A DNA stretch of 64,000 nt. It comes from Massalongia carnosa. Its lineage: Eukaryota. Every line of letters starts with the position of its first letter. Position 1 is the first letter of the stretch. This document shows, one piece after another, positions 1 through 12,862 of the stretch. The position numbers were made by a program, and so were the translations under genes. The notes beneath the pieces were generated by a model. The model saw only the letters and a list, made by a program, of their open reading frames with translations. It did not search any database and was not told the origin of the DNA. The stretch is from positions 2,356,001 to 2,420,000 of the forward strand of contig OZ287070.1 of NCBI GenBank assembly GCA_965645245.1. The letters are read 5' to 3'.

Positions 1-1851
1 GAGGGGCTGACTATTGCCAGAGCACGAAGATTGTTTCATGGATGTTCCTCGGCTGAGCACCATCCAAGCTTTACTGTTGCTGCTCAAAGCTCGCGAGGCT
101 GCACCGAAACGCGGTTACTATTATCGATCTTGGATGACCGTCAAGACCCTTGTCACAATGGCCAAAGATCTCGAGCTTCACGAGCATTTTGCCGATCATC
201 AGAACGGTCAGGAGTGTGGTGCCGATTTGACGGAGTGCCTTATCAAGACTCGGATCTGGCAAAGTGTTTTCATCCATGAGATCATGATTGGTGGTCCGCA
301 AGGTATGCCAGCACTATCACGCCAATGGGGGAAACCCGTAATGTAACGGTATTTTTAGGGCGATATGATATGGAAGTCGATCTGGAGACTGTGGACGTCA
401 GTATTCCAAGACTCCTGCCTGGGATCGATCGATCCGATTACCAATTGTCCAGACAATATACGTACTTTACGCAGATGGTACGCAATGTGCGTAGTCTTAA
501 CCATCTCTACAGTAAAGTCAAAAAGCAAAAAGACTGGGGTTCAGATCCTCAGTTTACCAATCTGAACCCACTCGTCGAGAAATGGCTAGACGATCTCCCT
601 CAGGACCTTCAAGTCACGATCCCGGAAAGTAAGACGCCGCCGTGGCTTCCAAACCACTTTATAGGAAACCTGCACTCCTACCACCACCTCATTGTGATTA
701 TGCTTCATCGGCCGCAGTTGATGAGTTCAAGCTCGTTCTCCGCCGGCGGAAGCTGGAAAAGACACATGGCTCTTTCCTATGCATCTGCCAAAGCTATGTG
801 CAAGGTTCAAGAAGGCGTTCTTCAATTGTTCGGCCTGCCCGGGCTGATGTGCATGTTGCGCGGTATAAACTTTGTCATCTATGCCATCCTTACATGTATC
901 ATGATTCATCTGGTAAGCTCGGATTTCCATAGGCTCACTCCTTTGCTCACTTACCGCTAGCTTGCGATCACCTCACCGGACCCTGAATTCCACACCGACG
1001 CCAAGGACTATTTTACGCGCCACATGCGTATTCTTGAAAAATGCACGGGTGCTTGGCCTATGCCGGAGATACAAACGCAGATTGATGCTTTACGAGAGGC
1101 TTTCTCCGCCGATCCTAGCAGGGCCTTTGAATTAAAACCAAGCTTTCCTTATGGAAGTCCTGGTACGAACATGCAGTCGAGTCCTCCTATGGACGGAAAT
1201 CACCAACGCGAAACCCTTCGCCGCCAAGCATCCCATGACCAAGCAGCCCAGGCGCAATATCATCCCCCGCCTCTGACTCCGCCTATATCTGGGGAGCATG
1301 ACGATCAGGACGGGTCTATAGCTGCGACCTCGTTGGATATGTTATCGAATGGTCAACACCAGCCGATATCAATGTCATCTGCTTCTATTGAAACTGACCA
1401 AGCAGCGTGGAACCCAACAAGGATTTTTGAGTATAGATCTGATAAGCACCAACACAAGGTAAAGTCAAATACTAACAATTTTGATAGTCAATGGAACACC
1501 GCCTTTGGAACTCCAGGGAGCATGATTGGTGCGGGCAATAATGGGACGGCTCAGCCATCCCCTCCATTGTACACGCCAACCTCGATTGGAGCTCCTGACA
1601 TACCCCCTTTGCACAATGTTATGCAGCCACAACAACAACAATATTCCGCACCTTCAAGCATAACGCCTTTATCTCAGAACCAGCCACTCACAACGCAATC
1701 ATGTTACCCTAGCATTGCTCAATCATTCGTAACCCCCAGCATGTGGCGAGACACTGTTGCGAGCACCTTCGATTCTGGAGGACAAAAACGACGTTGGGAT
1801 ATGGAGTCATCTTACCTCATAGACCCTGTCCAATCTAAACGATTGAGATGA
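1..1851 (+). CDS. Fungal-specific transcription factor domain protein (probably Zn2Cys6 type), 5'-truncated by the window edge, multi-exon
   Basis: ORFs 14-346, 325-960 and 1024-1851 join through GT-AG introns (~303-359, 913-960, ~1430-1488). Middle-homology-region motifs are present (LSTIQALLLLLKARE, MAKDLELH, RIWQSVFIHE, LEKWLDDLPQDLQ-like, LIVIMLHRP). The Zn cluster itself is not in the window. Confidence 0.8.
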
Positions 1852-2665
1852 ATAAAGGGAATTCAACCCAAGGCAGTGTCCAAAAACCAGCAGGTCTAAC
1901 CGCGCCAAGAGAGTTGCTTGGCTCATGTTATCATCTAGAGGACACAATGCTTGACTGGTATCGCTCTTGTACCAGCTGCAAAGATTGCATCACAATTGGC
2001 AGCATGTAAATAGCTGGTGTTACTTTCTCACAAGAGCAACAATGGAAGACACAAGGGCACCTTCATCGACCCCCTCTACCGAGGACAAGGAGGGACCGAA
2101 ACACCAACAGCTACGAACAATCCGGGGGTAAAAGCAAAGAGACAGCGAAGCAAGCGTTCCGAGACCTGTAAAATAATACGGAAGCACGAAAGACATGGCG
2201 TTCTTGGGTCTATCCTGGATGGATACTGGTGTTTGTATCAGCAAATAAGGAAAACGAGTTATATCAGGGTCCCTTCCAGGTAACTTTATAACATGATTTG
2301 GAGCCAACGGTGGGCGATATTTTAGACGGGAAAGATGTAGGACAAGTATCATGTGGCGCGGCGCTTTGATGAACATGTTTTATTTTTTGCTCTCGTCTTG
2401 TAGCTTTACGAGCGTTCAGTGTCAGATGGGACTGTATGATCTAGTAGGATAGGAAATTATCGATGCTTGCCTGGGAGAGCATAGCGAATCAAAGGACCCG
2501 GGGATCGATTCGGTAACTTGTAAAAGGCTTTGGTAGAGCGGTGCATGCATCGCAAGTTTTTGATCCAACAAGCCTGCTGCATCGATATAGCTTTTAACTA
2601 TTTTTTTACAAAAACATGCCAACACCCCCTCTCCTCTTCCCCGAACTAGCCTTTTCTGCCCATGA

Positions 2666-3512
2666 CTATCTCTCCCTATCGCCGCCAATACGCTCGAGGG
2701 CCTGCCAAAACCCGGTAAGCTTGGTTAAGTTTCGCATCATGGGATGGATACTCCGGTGAGAAGGAGAAGGGGTAGAAGACGAAGCTCCTTGCAGAATCGT
2801 ACCTCTAGCATGACGACCGAGTTTCCTCTTATAACCTAATATTTGTGGATATGGAGATCGTTATCAACACAGTTCGACGCGGCATGACCCGTAGGTTTGG
2901 AGGAAATGAATGTAATCGCTGGGAGGTTGGAGGTCCCGATGATAGCGAGAAGGGAAGAGAAGAGGAGAGGAGAGAAGGGTGGGGAAGGGGATACGCACTA
3001 CCATGCCAATCCGCACTTTCTCCCCGCCAGCTTTCTCTTCGACCGCTTCGTCGAGCACGATGTTGAGAAATACCTGTGTGGTTGGGAGGAGTTAGTTAGT
3101 GGCTGTGGTGTATGTCTGCGATGTTGCGGAAATTTTGGGGGGAAGGGGGAGGAGTTTCATGTCTTTCTCCTCCTCCCATTCCTGGGCAACCTCGAATCAC
3201 ATTTTGCGCGCGAAAGGTTTCGAGGGCCACAGAAACGGGAAACGGGAAACGAGAGGAAAAGAGAACGAGGAAGAAAAGAGAGAGAACGTACATCGAACCC
3301 GCGCAGAACGCCGATAACCTTACGGCTGCCGTTTAGCTGGACGAAGAGGCGTTTGTCGAGATACTATTTATTTATTTATTTTCCCGAGAAGGGGAAACGA
3401 GAGTTAGCAGGTTCAGAGGTGCCGTTTTGGAAGTGGAGGGTGTATGCATAGAATAGTGGGAAATGATAGGGGTGGTATATACCTTTTTGAGCTCGGGTTG
3501 GGCTTGAGGCAT
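2666..3512 (-). CDS. SMX2: Small nuclear ribonucleoprotein G (SmG), 5 exons, ~81 aa
   Basis: Manual splicing on the minus strand gives MPQAQPELKK|YLDKRLFVQLNGSRKVIGVLRGFD|VFLNIVLDEAVEEKAGGEKVRIGMV|VIRGNSVVMLE|ALERIGGDRER*. This has the Sm1/Sm2 motifs typical of SmG. All four introns are GT-AG. Confidence 0.95.
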
Positions 3513-3811
3513 TGCGTGGAGGGTGGATGGGGTTGTTTGTGAAGCCTTGAAGCCTCGAAGCTTCGAGTTGTGTGGTAGAGGGTTAGTTACCTATATGTGT
3601 ATGTTCGTAGTGTGGAGGATGGGCGGGACGGGAAGGGGAGCTGGTGCGGGCGCTAGTGCGAGGAGGCTTTTGTTGGAAAACACATTTCGATTTAGAAAAA
3701 AGTATACCTTGCACGATGCATGGCAAACTCTCGACGACTGGCGTGATATAGACTTCCGTCGAATGGAGAAGAACTGAATCCCGTTTCTACGCTTCTTTGG
3801 ATTCCCTCAGC

Positions 3812-5234
3812 ATGAGGTCTTCGTTCAGGTCGAGGCGAAAGCCTCGAAAGATTGGTCAGGATGAAGATGAGCCGGACAATCATCCCCAAGCGCGAGGGCT
3901 TGACCAAGGTGAGCATGAGTCCTCGGTTCAAAAAGTATTGGTTTTCTAACGCGATTCTTCCCCAGACGGCTAACAGCCTGGCCTTAGATCCAACCCCAGC
4001 CCTGACCCGCCCCTCGATTGCTAAAGCCAAGAAACGCTCCTCGCTCAGAGTATCTTTCAGTCCAGGCGGCACTTCCATGACCGAAGATGACAACGACAGC
4101 GCAGGATCTGCGGTCTTCACGCCCAAGAAATCGGCTCTAAGTCGGCAAGCGGTGGAAAAGAATGCCCTTCGCCGAGTTCTCGCGTCCTCGCTCTCGTCCG
4201 AGCATCTTCCCTTCCGACAACCGGACGACCGACCAAGCTATAGTAAAGACCATCTCGACGAACTCAAAAGCTCCACCCCATCCACCCCCAAAGACCTTAC
4301 ATCCCTCTCTGACGCTGAAGGCCCCGCCGGAGGCAAAACCCTTGATCTCGCCGCAAAGTTTGGCGTGAGTCTATCCGCTTACAGCAGCAACAACGCGCTC
4401 ATCCCCACCGCTGCCGAGATTCAAGAAAAAAAAGCCCGACGCGCGCGCCTCGCGAAAGAGCGGGAATTCATCGCCCTTAGCGATGAGGACGACGAAGATC
4501 CCAACGAGATCTCACTACTTCCCCGCAAGCAGAAGCCTGCCGAAACCCGCCTCGTGCACGACGACGAGGAAATCGCCGAAGGCTTTGACGAGTTCGTCGA
4601 GGACCCCGGCCGCATCGCCCTCGGCCGCAACGCAGCGCGCGAGCAAAAACGCAAGCACGAGGCCGAAGTGCGCCAGCTCATCCGCGAAGCCGAAGGCTCC
4701 TCGGATGCGGACTCGACCGACGATTCGGAAGCGGAGCGTCGCGCGGCGTACGAAGCCGCGCAGACGAAAGCGGGCATGGATGGCCTGCAGAAGGACGGGG
4801 ATATGAAGACGACGAATAGCAGACGACCGCGGACCCCGCCCAAGATCACGCCGCTGCCGAGCCTGGCCGCCTGCCTAGAGCGGCTGCAGGCTACGCTGAG
4901 CGGGCTACAGCGCGCCCGCGCGCAGAAGGTGCAGCGTATGGAGGAGGTGCAGCGTGAGAAAGCAGATATTCGGGAGCGCGAGGGAGAGATTCAGCGATTG
5001 TTGAGGGAAGCGGGGGAGAGGTATGAGAAGCTGAGAGATGAGGCGGGTTTGGGGGGCGGGGGAGTGGCCGGTGGCTCACCGGCGGGCAAAGGGCTTCCCG
5101 GGAAGGGCGGAAGTGATTGGGGGCTGCATTCGCTGGCTGGTGAAGGTGGGACAAGGGGTTTTGAGGGCGGGGCTCCAGGGAGGGGATTAGAGAGTTTGGG
5201 CAACGAGGGAGAGGAGCGCGCTGTTGGGCTTTGA
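3812..5234 (+). CDS. NTR2: Nineteen complex-related protein 2 (NTR2-domain spliceosome disassembly factor)
   Basis: Exon 1 reads MRSSFRSRRKPRKIGQDEDE (3812-3908), followed by intron 3909-3987. The long ORF then contains RPSYSKDHLDELKSSTPSTP, IPTAAEIQEKKARRARLA, DEEIAEGFDEFVED, AAYEAAQTKAG and PPKITPLP, typical of fungal NTR2. Confidence 0.85.
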
Positions 5235-5761
5235 GGCTAGGGCGACGTGGCACGTGGTATCGCGGTGGGCTGGGTTTGCTGGCGCTGGAAAAGGCGAGGA
5301 ATGGTATACCTACCTACATAAATAGCATAGCCTAGGCAACTCGGATTTGGGGGCGTGGGCGTTGACAGTGAAAGAAAGTAACGTCCTGCTTCTGGGTACG
5401 GCGTAATTTGGGCTTTGAGTCCACTAGGCATACTTTCTGCATGCTCTTCTTCCGTAGAAGCTTGGGGGTTGGGGTGTATAGATCGATATAATCGATCGAA
5501 CACCCACACAGCTCATGTCTTCGTTGCATTCTTTCACTGGTCTTTTCGTCATAATTTTGACTACATGGTTCTTTGTGACCGCGAGGATGGAGATAAAGAT
5601 ATAATAAATAAATACATGATTATCAGTCTTACGGTTAGGGGATAAACGTGCCAGCGTGACGAATGCCCTTGGAATGAAAGGCATAGATATAGCTACAAAT
5701 TTGGCCAAAGAGCAGCAAATCCTAGGCACCAAAAAGTCTTACAAACTAAAATAAACTTCCC

Positions 5762-7275
5762 CTATTTCTGCGCCCTTGGCCCCGCAACCCCTGCGCCAAT
5801 CACACTTGGCAAGTCCTCCTGCCCAATGGAAAACAGCAGTCCAACGGCCCAACTCAGCGTCGCCACCAGTGCAATCGAGAACCCCGCAAGCAGCCAAAAG
5901 GGCACGCTCACATTTCGTTTCTGGCACGCTGGACCGCCCCACTGCGTCGTTTTCACCGTGCCGTCCTTGTTTTTGCGTACTGTGATGGTGCAGTTGCAGG
6001 CGTAGCAAGCTTGCGCGGCTTCCGATGAGGCCTTAGAGGCGTTGGAAGGGGCCTTACTATATTTTAGGTATGGGACGCCGTGACCTGAGCAATTGTTCGT
6101 CGTAGCGATACAAGCTTTCAGGCTATTGTGGCAGATTGAGAGAACACCCTTGACAAAGGGGCGGGCTTTAAGGGCCTCTTGGAAGGAAGGGGAAGAGTTT
6201 ATGGTTGAGGAGGCCTTTGGGGTGGGGGTTAAGGGTTCTTCGGACTGGCGCTGGCGCAGGTGAGGGGATTGTGATGGGGTGCTGTAAGTTCCATAAGGAG
6301 AGGATGATGTCCGCTTGAAGGTTTTCGATTGCGGGGGCATGAACACTATCGTGCTCTCCTGGTTAGGGTAAGGGTTCTCGAGGAAATGGTAGATAAATGA
6401 TCTTAGAATTTTTGTGGCTTTTAGATATTGCTTTGCGTCTTTTCGCGAAAGTCCCTGTGGTTATGATGAGTCTCATTATAGTGTCTTAAAAGACGTAAGT
6501 GATGGCTTACCTCAAGCATGGAGAAATGAAATATGTGTGTAGCTCCGTAGATAGACGGCCTTTTGCTGGCGAGGAACCGAAGTTTACCGGCGATTTCGCC
6601 TTCTTCAAGAAGCTTGGCATAGTCTGTGTCCAAACTGCATTGTTTTAAGGCCTGTGTAATCAGCGAGCCTTCCTACATCCACGATCAAAGGTCTTAACTT
6701 ACGTTGCCTCTACCATTTACCCCTCCATAAAGTTTTCTACTCTTGGACACTTTAAGGCTACATAGAGTAGTATCCTTTGACCGCCAATGCTGATCTTGAG
6801 CAAGTAGGTCCGTGGCTAGTTGTAAATTCTGATGGGCAGGGGCTGGGTCCCGGATCGTAAAAGCAGGGGTTGTCTTTTGCATATCGATGAGATCTGAGCC
6901 ATTAACATTAATGGCGGAGTTTGACTTGAATACTCAATGAGCCATACCTTCTCGATGTTCCACGTCTTCTATAAAGACCAAGAGCCTCTCGCTCCTTGTT
7001 TCTTGCTCTTCATCAAGAAACATTGGTTCTTGCCTTCCATATCTATTCAAAATCCGAATTTCATCCTCATCTGCGTTTTCTAAGCTATGGTAATGCGAAA
7101 GCCCTAGTTGTTGTGCGAAGACTAATCGGGCGGTATTGGATGATATAGAGGCTATTTGGCGCTTTGATGAGGTGGATGCCTGTCCAGTCGACGAAGTGTA
7201 GACATAGGCAGTGGGAGAGGTGGCATTAACATGTAAAGCGACACCACTATATAGAAGTCCTGCAAGCACTTTCAT
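5762..7275 (-). CDS. DUF3844 / Vps3844-like single-pass membrane protein, multi-exon
   Basis: Signal-peptide-like start MKVLAGLLYSG at 7275 and ARLVFAQQLGLSHYHSL. The C-terminal Cys-rich domain (CIATTNNCSGHG...CNC...WGGPACQKRNVSVPFWLL) is followed by a TM helix and LPSVIGAGV. Confidence 0.85.
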
Positions 7276-7647
7276 GATGTAGGACTGTGCCAGTGCCACT
7301 GAGAGTTTGGTCCTAAACGTTTTGCAGTTGGTACCTAGGGAGAGATTCGAAGAAGTTGGATGATTGGCATGGTGATACAAGACCGGATAAACCGCGGATC
7401 ATCTTCGGAAGATCTATCTAGTTATCTACGGCGTGTACTCCGTACGAGGAGTTGTGTACTCTGTGCTGCCTGACCGCCAAGGGTTTACAACGTTAACCCT
7501 AACTGTTTCCTATGTCAAATTCTCAAAAGAGAAACTGGGAAGAGAGAAACCACCACCATTACTGCTCCCAGGCGAGTTCGGTGCAACTGACTTACATAGC
7601 CATTTACAGTATTGTTTGCCAAGTGAGGCGGCGGGCCTCGCCTGCTA

Positions 7648-9263
7648 ATGTTCAAATTTTTGCGCACCTTGGCACAACCTAGCTTCCGCCTACCTCCCTC
7701 ACTACTTCGCTACAATGGACAGGTCAACGTTCAGCGGGTCCGTTTCGTTCGGCCTTTTTTTACAAAGAAGTAGGGGTTTTTGCATCTATCGCCATAGGTT
7801 TGGAAGCTCACCAAGTGTATTACAGACGCGCACAAAAGCTATACATTGGTGCTGCCTTGACCGGTTTATTCCTTCTTGCTATAGAGGTCTCTGTCGATGC
7901 GGATGAAGAACAGCGCGATACTGGAGTAACGGCAAGGAAGACAGCAGGAAGTCTGGTGGAGACAGTCGGGAATAAATTCCACAAGACCGTTCAGCCACCT
8001 AGAGACGGCGGTACTACGGAGAAGAACAAAGGTGGGTTCAAGCCTGAACAAGAAAGTCAAGGGGAGAGTGGAGGTGGGCATGGGGGCGGGGGCGAAGATC
8101 AAGCTGATGCCCAGGATGAGAACGACGAGAACGAAGAAGAATATGAGTATGAAGATGATGAAGATGACGATGATGAAGATGAAGAAGAACTAGCAGAAGA
8201 AGATCGCGGCGAGGAAGGCCCAGCTCCAGAGGCAATTCCTGAAGACGCCCTATTCATACCGTTGGGTTTAGTTCGTGAACGCCGAAGAGCCTTTTACAAG
8301 GGAAGTGACCCGGAGTGGCAGAGCTTCCTAGAATTCTCACGCGATAAAAAGCGAAGTACACAGATTCGCCGTGAGTTTTCTTGGTATTTGGAGTTACAAT
8401 ATGACTAATCGATGTTAGATGAACTTGTAGGCCTCGTTGGCTACTATGTTGCAAACTTGCGGAATGTTCAAAAATTCTTAGGGATGCCGATTATAACTCG
8501 GAAATACTGGCTGGACATTGATTTTCCTGACGGCCCGCCACCTGAGTATGAGCGGCGTGGGTAGGATAGAAACTTCAGAATGCCTATCACGATCTGCGAC
8601 TGACGTTGAGCCAGGTTAGAAATAACCGATGACTACGTTGCTCTAACCGTTAGGCCGGTTTCTGCTGAGCAGTATTCCCGTTTGCAAACAATGCTTTGGC
8701 CGACATCAATGGCAGCATCGTTATGGGCAAGCTATAGCCTTCTATGGTCTTTACGATGGGCCAAGTTGAAAGACTCTTTGAACATTAACTCACCGCAAGA
8801 GAATCCGAATTCGAAAGCATCACCGAGCTTCTTCGACTTCCGACGGATAGCAAATGATAATCAAGAGTCTCAATCTGACCCTGCGGTCAATCAATTATCA
8901 GAAACAGCACCCAGCAAAGAGCTTTCAGCAGGAGAGCGCTCGAAGTCCTTGTCGAGTTCAACGCCGTCGAATTCCAGCAATGCATTGCCTCCGCTCCCAT
9001 CGCTCCCTGATCCAGGGAAAGATATGAGTATTGCATTTAAGACGTTCAAGCGCACCCTTGCAAAGACTTGGAAGAGCCCCAGTATCCCTCCTGAACGTGG
9101 AACGTTCATAGTCTCTGGTCTTATAGAAGTTGAGGGATCAAAAGCTATTTGTGTTTTGGATGTACGGGCCGCTTACCATCCGAAGGAATCAAGATGGGTA
9201 GCCATTGGAGTGAGCGTTCGCAGGATGCAAAGTAGGAAGCAAATTCCAAAGGGTGGCATTTGA
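7648..9263 (+). CDS. Conserved hypothetical fungal protein with acidic tract and possible mitochondrial presequence, multi-exon
   Basis: Basic amphipathic N-terminus MFKFLRTLAQPSFRL. ORFs 7800-8408 and 8682-9263 are linked by GT-AG introns. Motifs include LFIPLG...FYKGSDPEWQSF and PERGTFIVSGLIEVEG. Confidence 0.65.
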
Positions 9264-10345
9264 AGTAGGCTGAGAATTGGAGCCTTTGTGATTTCTCTTA
9301 GCACGGATATTCCAGCATAGCCTCGGCGCCAGGTGTTACTGTGGATTATATCTCAATGACGTCGGATTCTGTGCAGGCTTTTAGACTCTATATCAGGGCT
9401 CTTATATGCTTTTTTCATGTGTTTCTTGTTAGTTCATGCCCTGTTCTCTTTGGACGGTGACCTTGATGGGAAGGTTTTGAATGAATGTGAGTATGTATTT
9501 CAGTCTTTACAATCCAATACTTTGAGGTCACCTAGCGACATCTCCACATACGACATGATCCTCTTTGTCTCTAGTGGTACGGCATGTTCTTCATGGGGAT
9601 TGACATTCAAAGCAGATTCCTGTCCAACTTACCAAAAATACCGTCTTAGTTACACGGGTGTCCTTCCCGGTCTACTAGAGAAAGCTCGCTGTCTTGATCT
9701 CTCCAACCCTCCCTTAATCCCTCACGACTATCTCTAGTACAGATCCATACTCACATAGCTTGCGATATACTCATACGCAGTAAGGGAAGTCTGAGTCGAT
9801 ATAAAGCTCCTGGCTTTTGTTGCAGTATTTGAATAAATTTCATGGAAGTCAGCCAAAGAAGGAAATAGAGACTGATACTCATGACCAACTTCTCTATATA
9901 AATCTTGCTCCGTTATAGGGCTAACTCATCCCAAGCTATCTTCGACCTCTTCATAAGGTACCAGAGATCTCGGGTCGGAGTATATCATTTTCCTATCAAC
10001 TCGAATCAGCCTCAACCACACTAAGGTACTAAACTGGAAGCTCAACTTTTATATGGTCGTATCTTACCGCTAATAACCCTCATCGACAACTGTTTACATC
10101 TTAAGATCATCAAAACGCGCTCGATTACGATCTCAGCTGTTTTTGGCGGATATTAATTATTGCAATCTAGACTAGGTAAGTAGGTCATTCTTGTTTTGTA
10201 CGAGTTGCGTTGTTTAGTTATGCGGTTTGTACGATCTGTGCAGCCTACCTCATACAGACTTCGACACACAAGTCTCATCCTAACCGATCAGCCACTTTCA
10301 AGCCAGAAGACAAGCCACAAAGTATTTGTGAAGCTGCTGCTAATC

Positions 10346-12046
10346 ATGTCTATGGTCAGCTCAAGTGAACTGCGGCGACGTCGTCCTCTCCCTAAAATGC
10401 AACCATTCATGAAAGAATTCCCGACAAATCAGCTGCAACTGTTAGATCAATCACCAACCGCAACACCGTTTCAGACACGCTCAGGCTCACCAACTCGGGG
10501 TAAAATCATGCCTCACACTGTAGCAGAGACTACTGCGACTATATCTAAGCTGCACGCGCTGATGGGAACCGTGGAATCCACGGAAAGGGTAGTCATAGTG
10601 GGACCTAATGCCATAGTTGAACTGAGTGACTCGGCTAAGCTACATGAAAAACTTGAGATGGATGCTGTCAGCGTCTTGGATGGCAGCGCCGCAATATCTG
10701 CCGCTACAAAGGTCCAATTCCTAATGATCTACTTCGTTTTCAATCTTGGATTGACTCTTTTCAATAAGGTAATCATGATTGCGGTGCGTAGATTTCTCTT
10801 ACGTAATTTTTTTGTTCTATTGTCTTAAGGAAGTTTTCCATTTTCTAGAGCATTTAAAGCTAGAAACTGTGGAGTTCCAGAGGCTGTCTGTTCATCATGA
10901 GCATCAAGAGGTCACAAATATCTTTTCTGGGGGTGATTATGGTACTATAATCTCGTTTTTAAGCATCATTCACAACATCCGCAAGAAAATTTTGAAGGCA
11001 TATCAATTTCTAGCGCTGGAGATGAACCCACATGTCTCATTACTAATTTCCGTTAATAGTTCCCCTTCCCATTCCTTTTGACGGCTTTGCACGCTATGGC
11101 AGGCTGCATCGGGACTGGTGTTTTGAGCATGATGGGTACTTTCAGACCCAAAGCTTTGACTAGAAAAGACTCTGCAACCTTATGTGCGTTCTCCTTACTC
11201 TATACAGTCAATATTGCGGCTTCAAACCTTTCGCTGTAAGTTCCTACTTTAGTGGTCTTGCTTGATTTTTCTGTACCGCTGATGGCCAAAATAGATCTAT
11301 GGTTACAATCCCGTTCCATCAAGTGTTGCGTGCAACAACTCCAGCATTCACCGTCGCAATCTATCGGATCTGCTTCTCTAGGAACTACAGTTTTGATACC
11401 TACGTGTCTCTCGTTCCTGTTATCCTGGGCGTTGGCTTGGCGACATATGGTGACTATTATGCGACTACAATGGGCTTTTTCATGACACTTCTGGGAGCGA
11501 CGCTCGCTGCTGTAAAGACGGTGGTGACCAATCGGATGCAAACTGCTGGCTTACACTTTAGTGCTATTGAGCTTCTATACCACCTGTCTCCTCTTGCGAT
11601 CTTACAGAGCATTTGTATGGCGTATTACACCGGTGAACTCGGGGCGATCGACAAATTTCTTTTCGAGCCCGGTAATCTAAGCGCTAAGCCCCTCATAATT
11701 CTCTTGATCAACGCCCTAATGGCATTTGGGCTAAACGTCGCAAGTTTTACGGCTAACAAGAAGGCTGGTGCACTCACCATAACTGTCGCCGCGAACGTGA
11801 AGCAGATATTGACCGTGCTACTTGGCGTAATATTTTGGCACCTGAAGGTTGGCTCTATTAACGCGTTTGGTGAGTTAGAAGCACGCTCTCAGTCTTGTGC
11901 TTTGCATTAACAAATCCTCCTTCATAGGAGTTGCTATGGCACTTGTTGGTGGTGCTTGGTACGCACGAGTTGAACTACTGGGCCGGAGGAATCGCAATTT
12001 CTCTCCTGCCGCCAGTATAGAAGAAGGCAAGATCATGCACGACTAA
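10346..12046 (+). CDS. Triose-phosphate / nucleotide-sugar transporter (TPT, DMT superfamily), multi-exon
   Basis: YFVFNLGLTLFNK, FPFPFLLTALH, LYTVNIAASNLSL, VTIPFHQVLRATTP, AVKTVVTNR and SFTANKKAGALTITVAANVKQ. A probable 5'-UTR intron lies at ~10176-10290. Confidence 0.9.
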
Positions 12047-12182
12047 AGAGCCTTTCTATTATAGTAGGTCTTTAATGTCCGGATAGACGAATTTAGACGA
12101 ATTTCATAGCAATATGAATTATCTGTAGCTGCTACAAAATCAACGTTTCATTAAAATGATGCGATTATTTGTTTACATATAG

Positions 12183-12557
12183 TTAATATTTAGTATAACC
12201 TTCATTTGCATTCAGGATTGCTTGCACTCGACGAGGCACTGACCGCATTAAACTTTCTAAAAACGCCTCCGTTATGTAGTTCCATGCCTTCAAAACAACA
12301 TCAACAATGACCTATTGAATTTTTGAAGCACTTGCTGATAGAATGCGTAATTCGAAGTGTCTTCTAAAGCTTATGTTCTTCACCTTCTTTCATATCATTT
12401 CGATGAGATTCAAATCGAGGAAGTAAATCGATCAATTCATGATCGTGTATCTCTTTTCTTTGGATCAGTTCATGATCTCTCGAATTTTGTGTTTTAACTT
12501 CATCTTGCATGAAAACAATGCTCGAATCGTCATCGAGCATGATAAAAAGATTTTCTT
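12183..12557 (-). pseudogene. Degenerate Tc1/mariner transposase relic (3' part)
   Basis: The minus strand reads IVFMQDEV..., then N*SIYFLDLNLIEMI* (a decayed WPPYSPDLNPIExxW). It ends AWNYITEAFLESLMRSVPRRVQAILNANEGYTKY*, a typical Tc1 C-terminus. Several in-frame stops are present. Confidence 0.85.
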
Positions 12558-12862
12558 TGTAAGCATTGAAGAAGGATAGTGGGTGAAAGGCGGTGCTGAT
12601 CGTGATGGATCAATGAAGCTGTTGCTAGGACAGGACTGGTACGAAGATGATGTCAAAAGAATGATACGAAGCAAAGAACAGTCACATCATGTCAGCTAGG
12701 TGGACGACGACTGCACTGACTATATTGCTGTCTAGCTGACAGACGGACTGACTAGAAACGAAGTGCTGGAAGAAGCAGAAGATGAACAGAGGTATAGGTG
12801 GATGGATAAAAGGTGATGTGTTGTCGACAGAGGCTCTAAGGTCAGTGCTTAGTAATGTCACA
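12558..12862. mobile_element. Possible solo LTR abutting the Tc1 relic
   Basis: A 305-bp block starting TGTAAG and ending TGTCACA (TG...CA termini), located where the relic transposase frame stops. No matching target-site duplication was found. Confidence 0.3.

Noticed and set aside
2845..3451. Several + strand ORFs (up to 184 aa) in the ORF track
   Set aside because: They are antisense to the SmG exons and purine-rich introns, and translate to low-complexity sequence.
7494..7503. TAACCCTAAC as a telomerase RNA template
   Set aside because: It lies in a 372-bp gap between two start codons, far too short for a filamentous-fungal TER.
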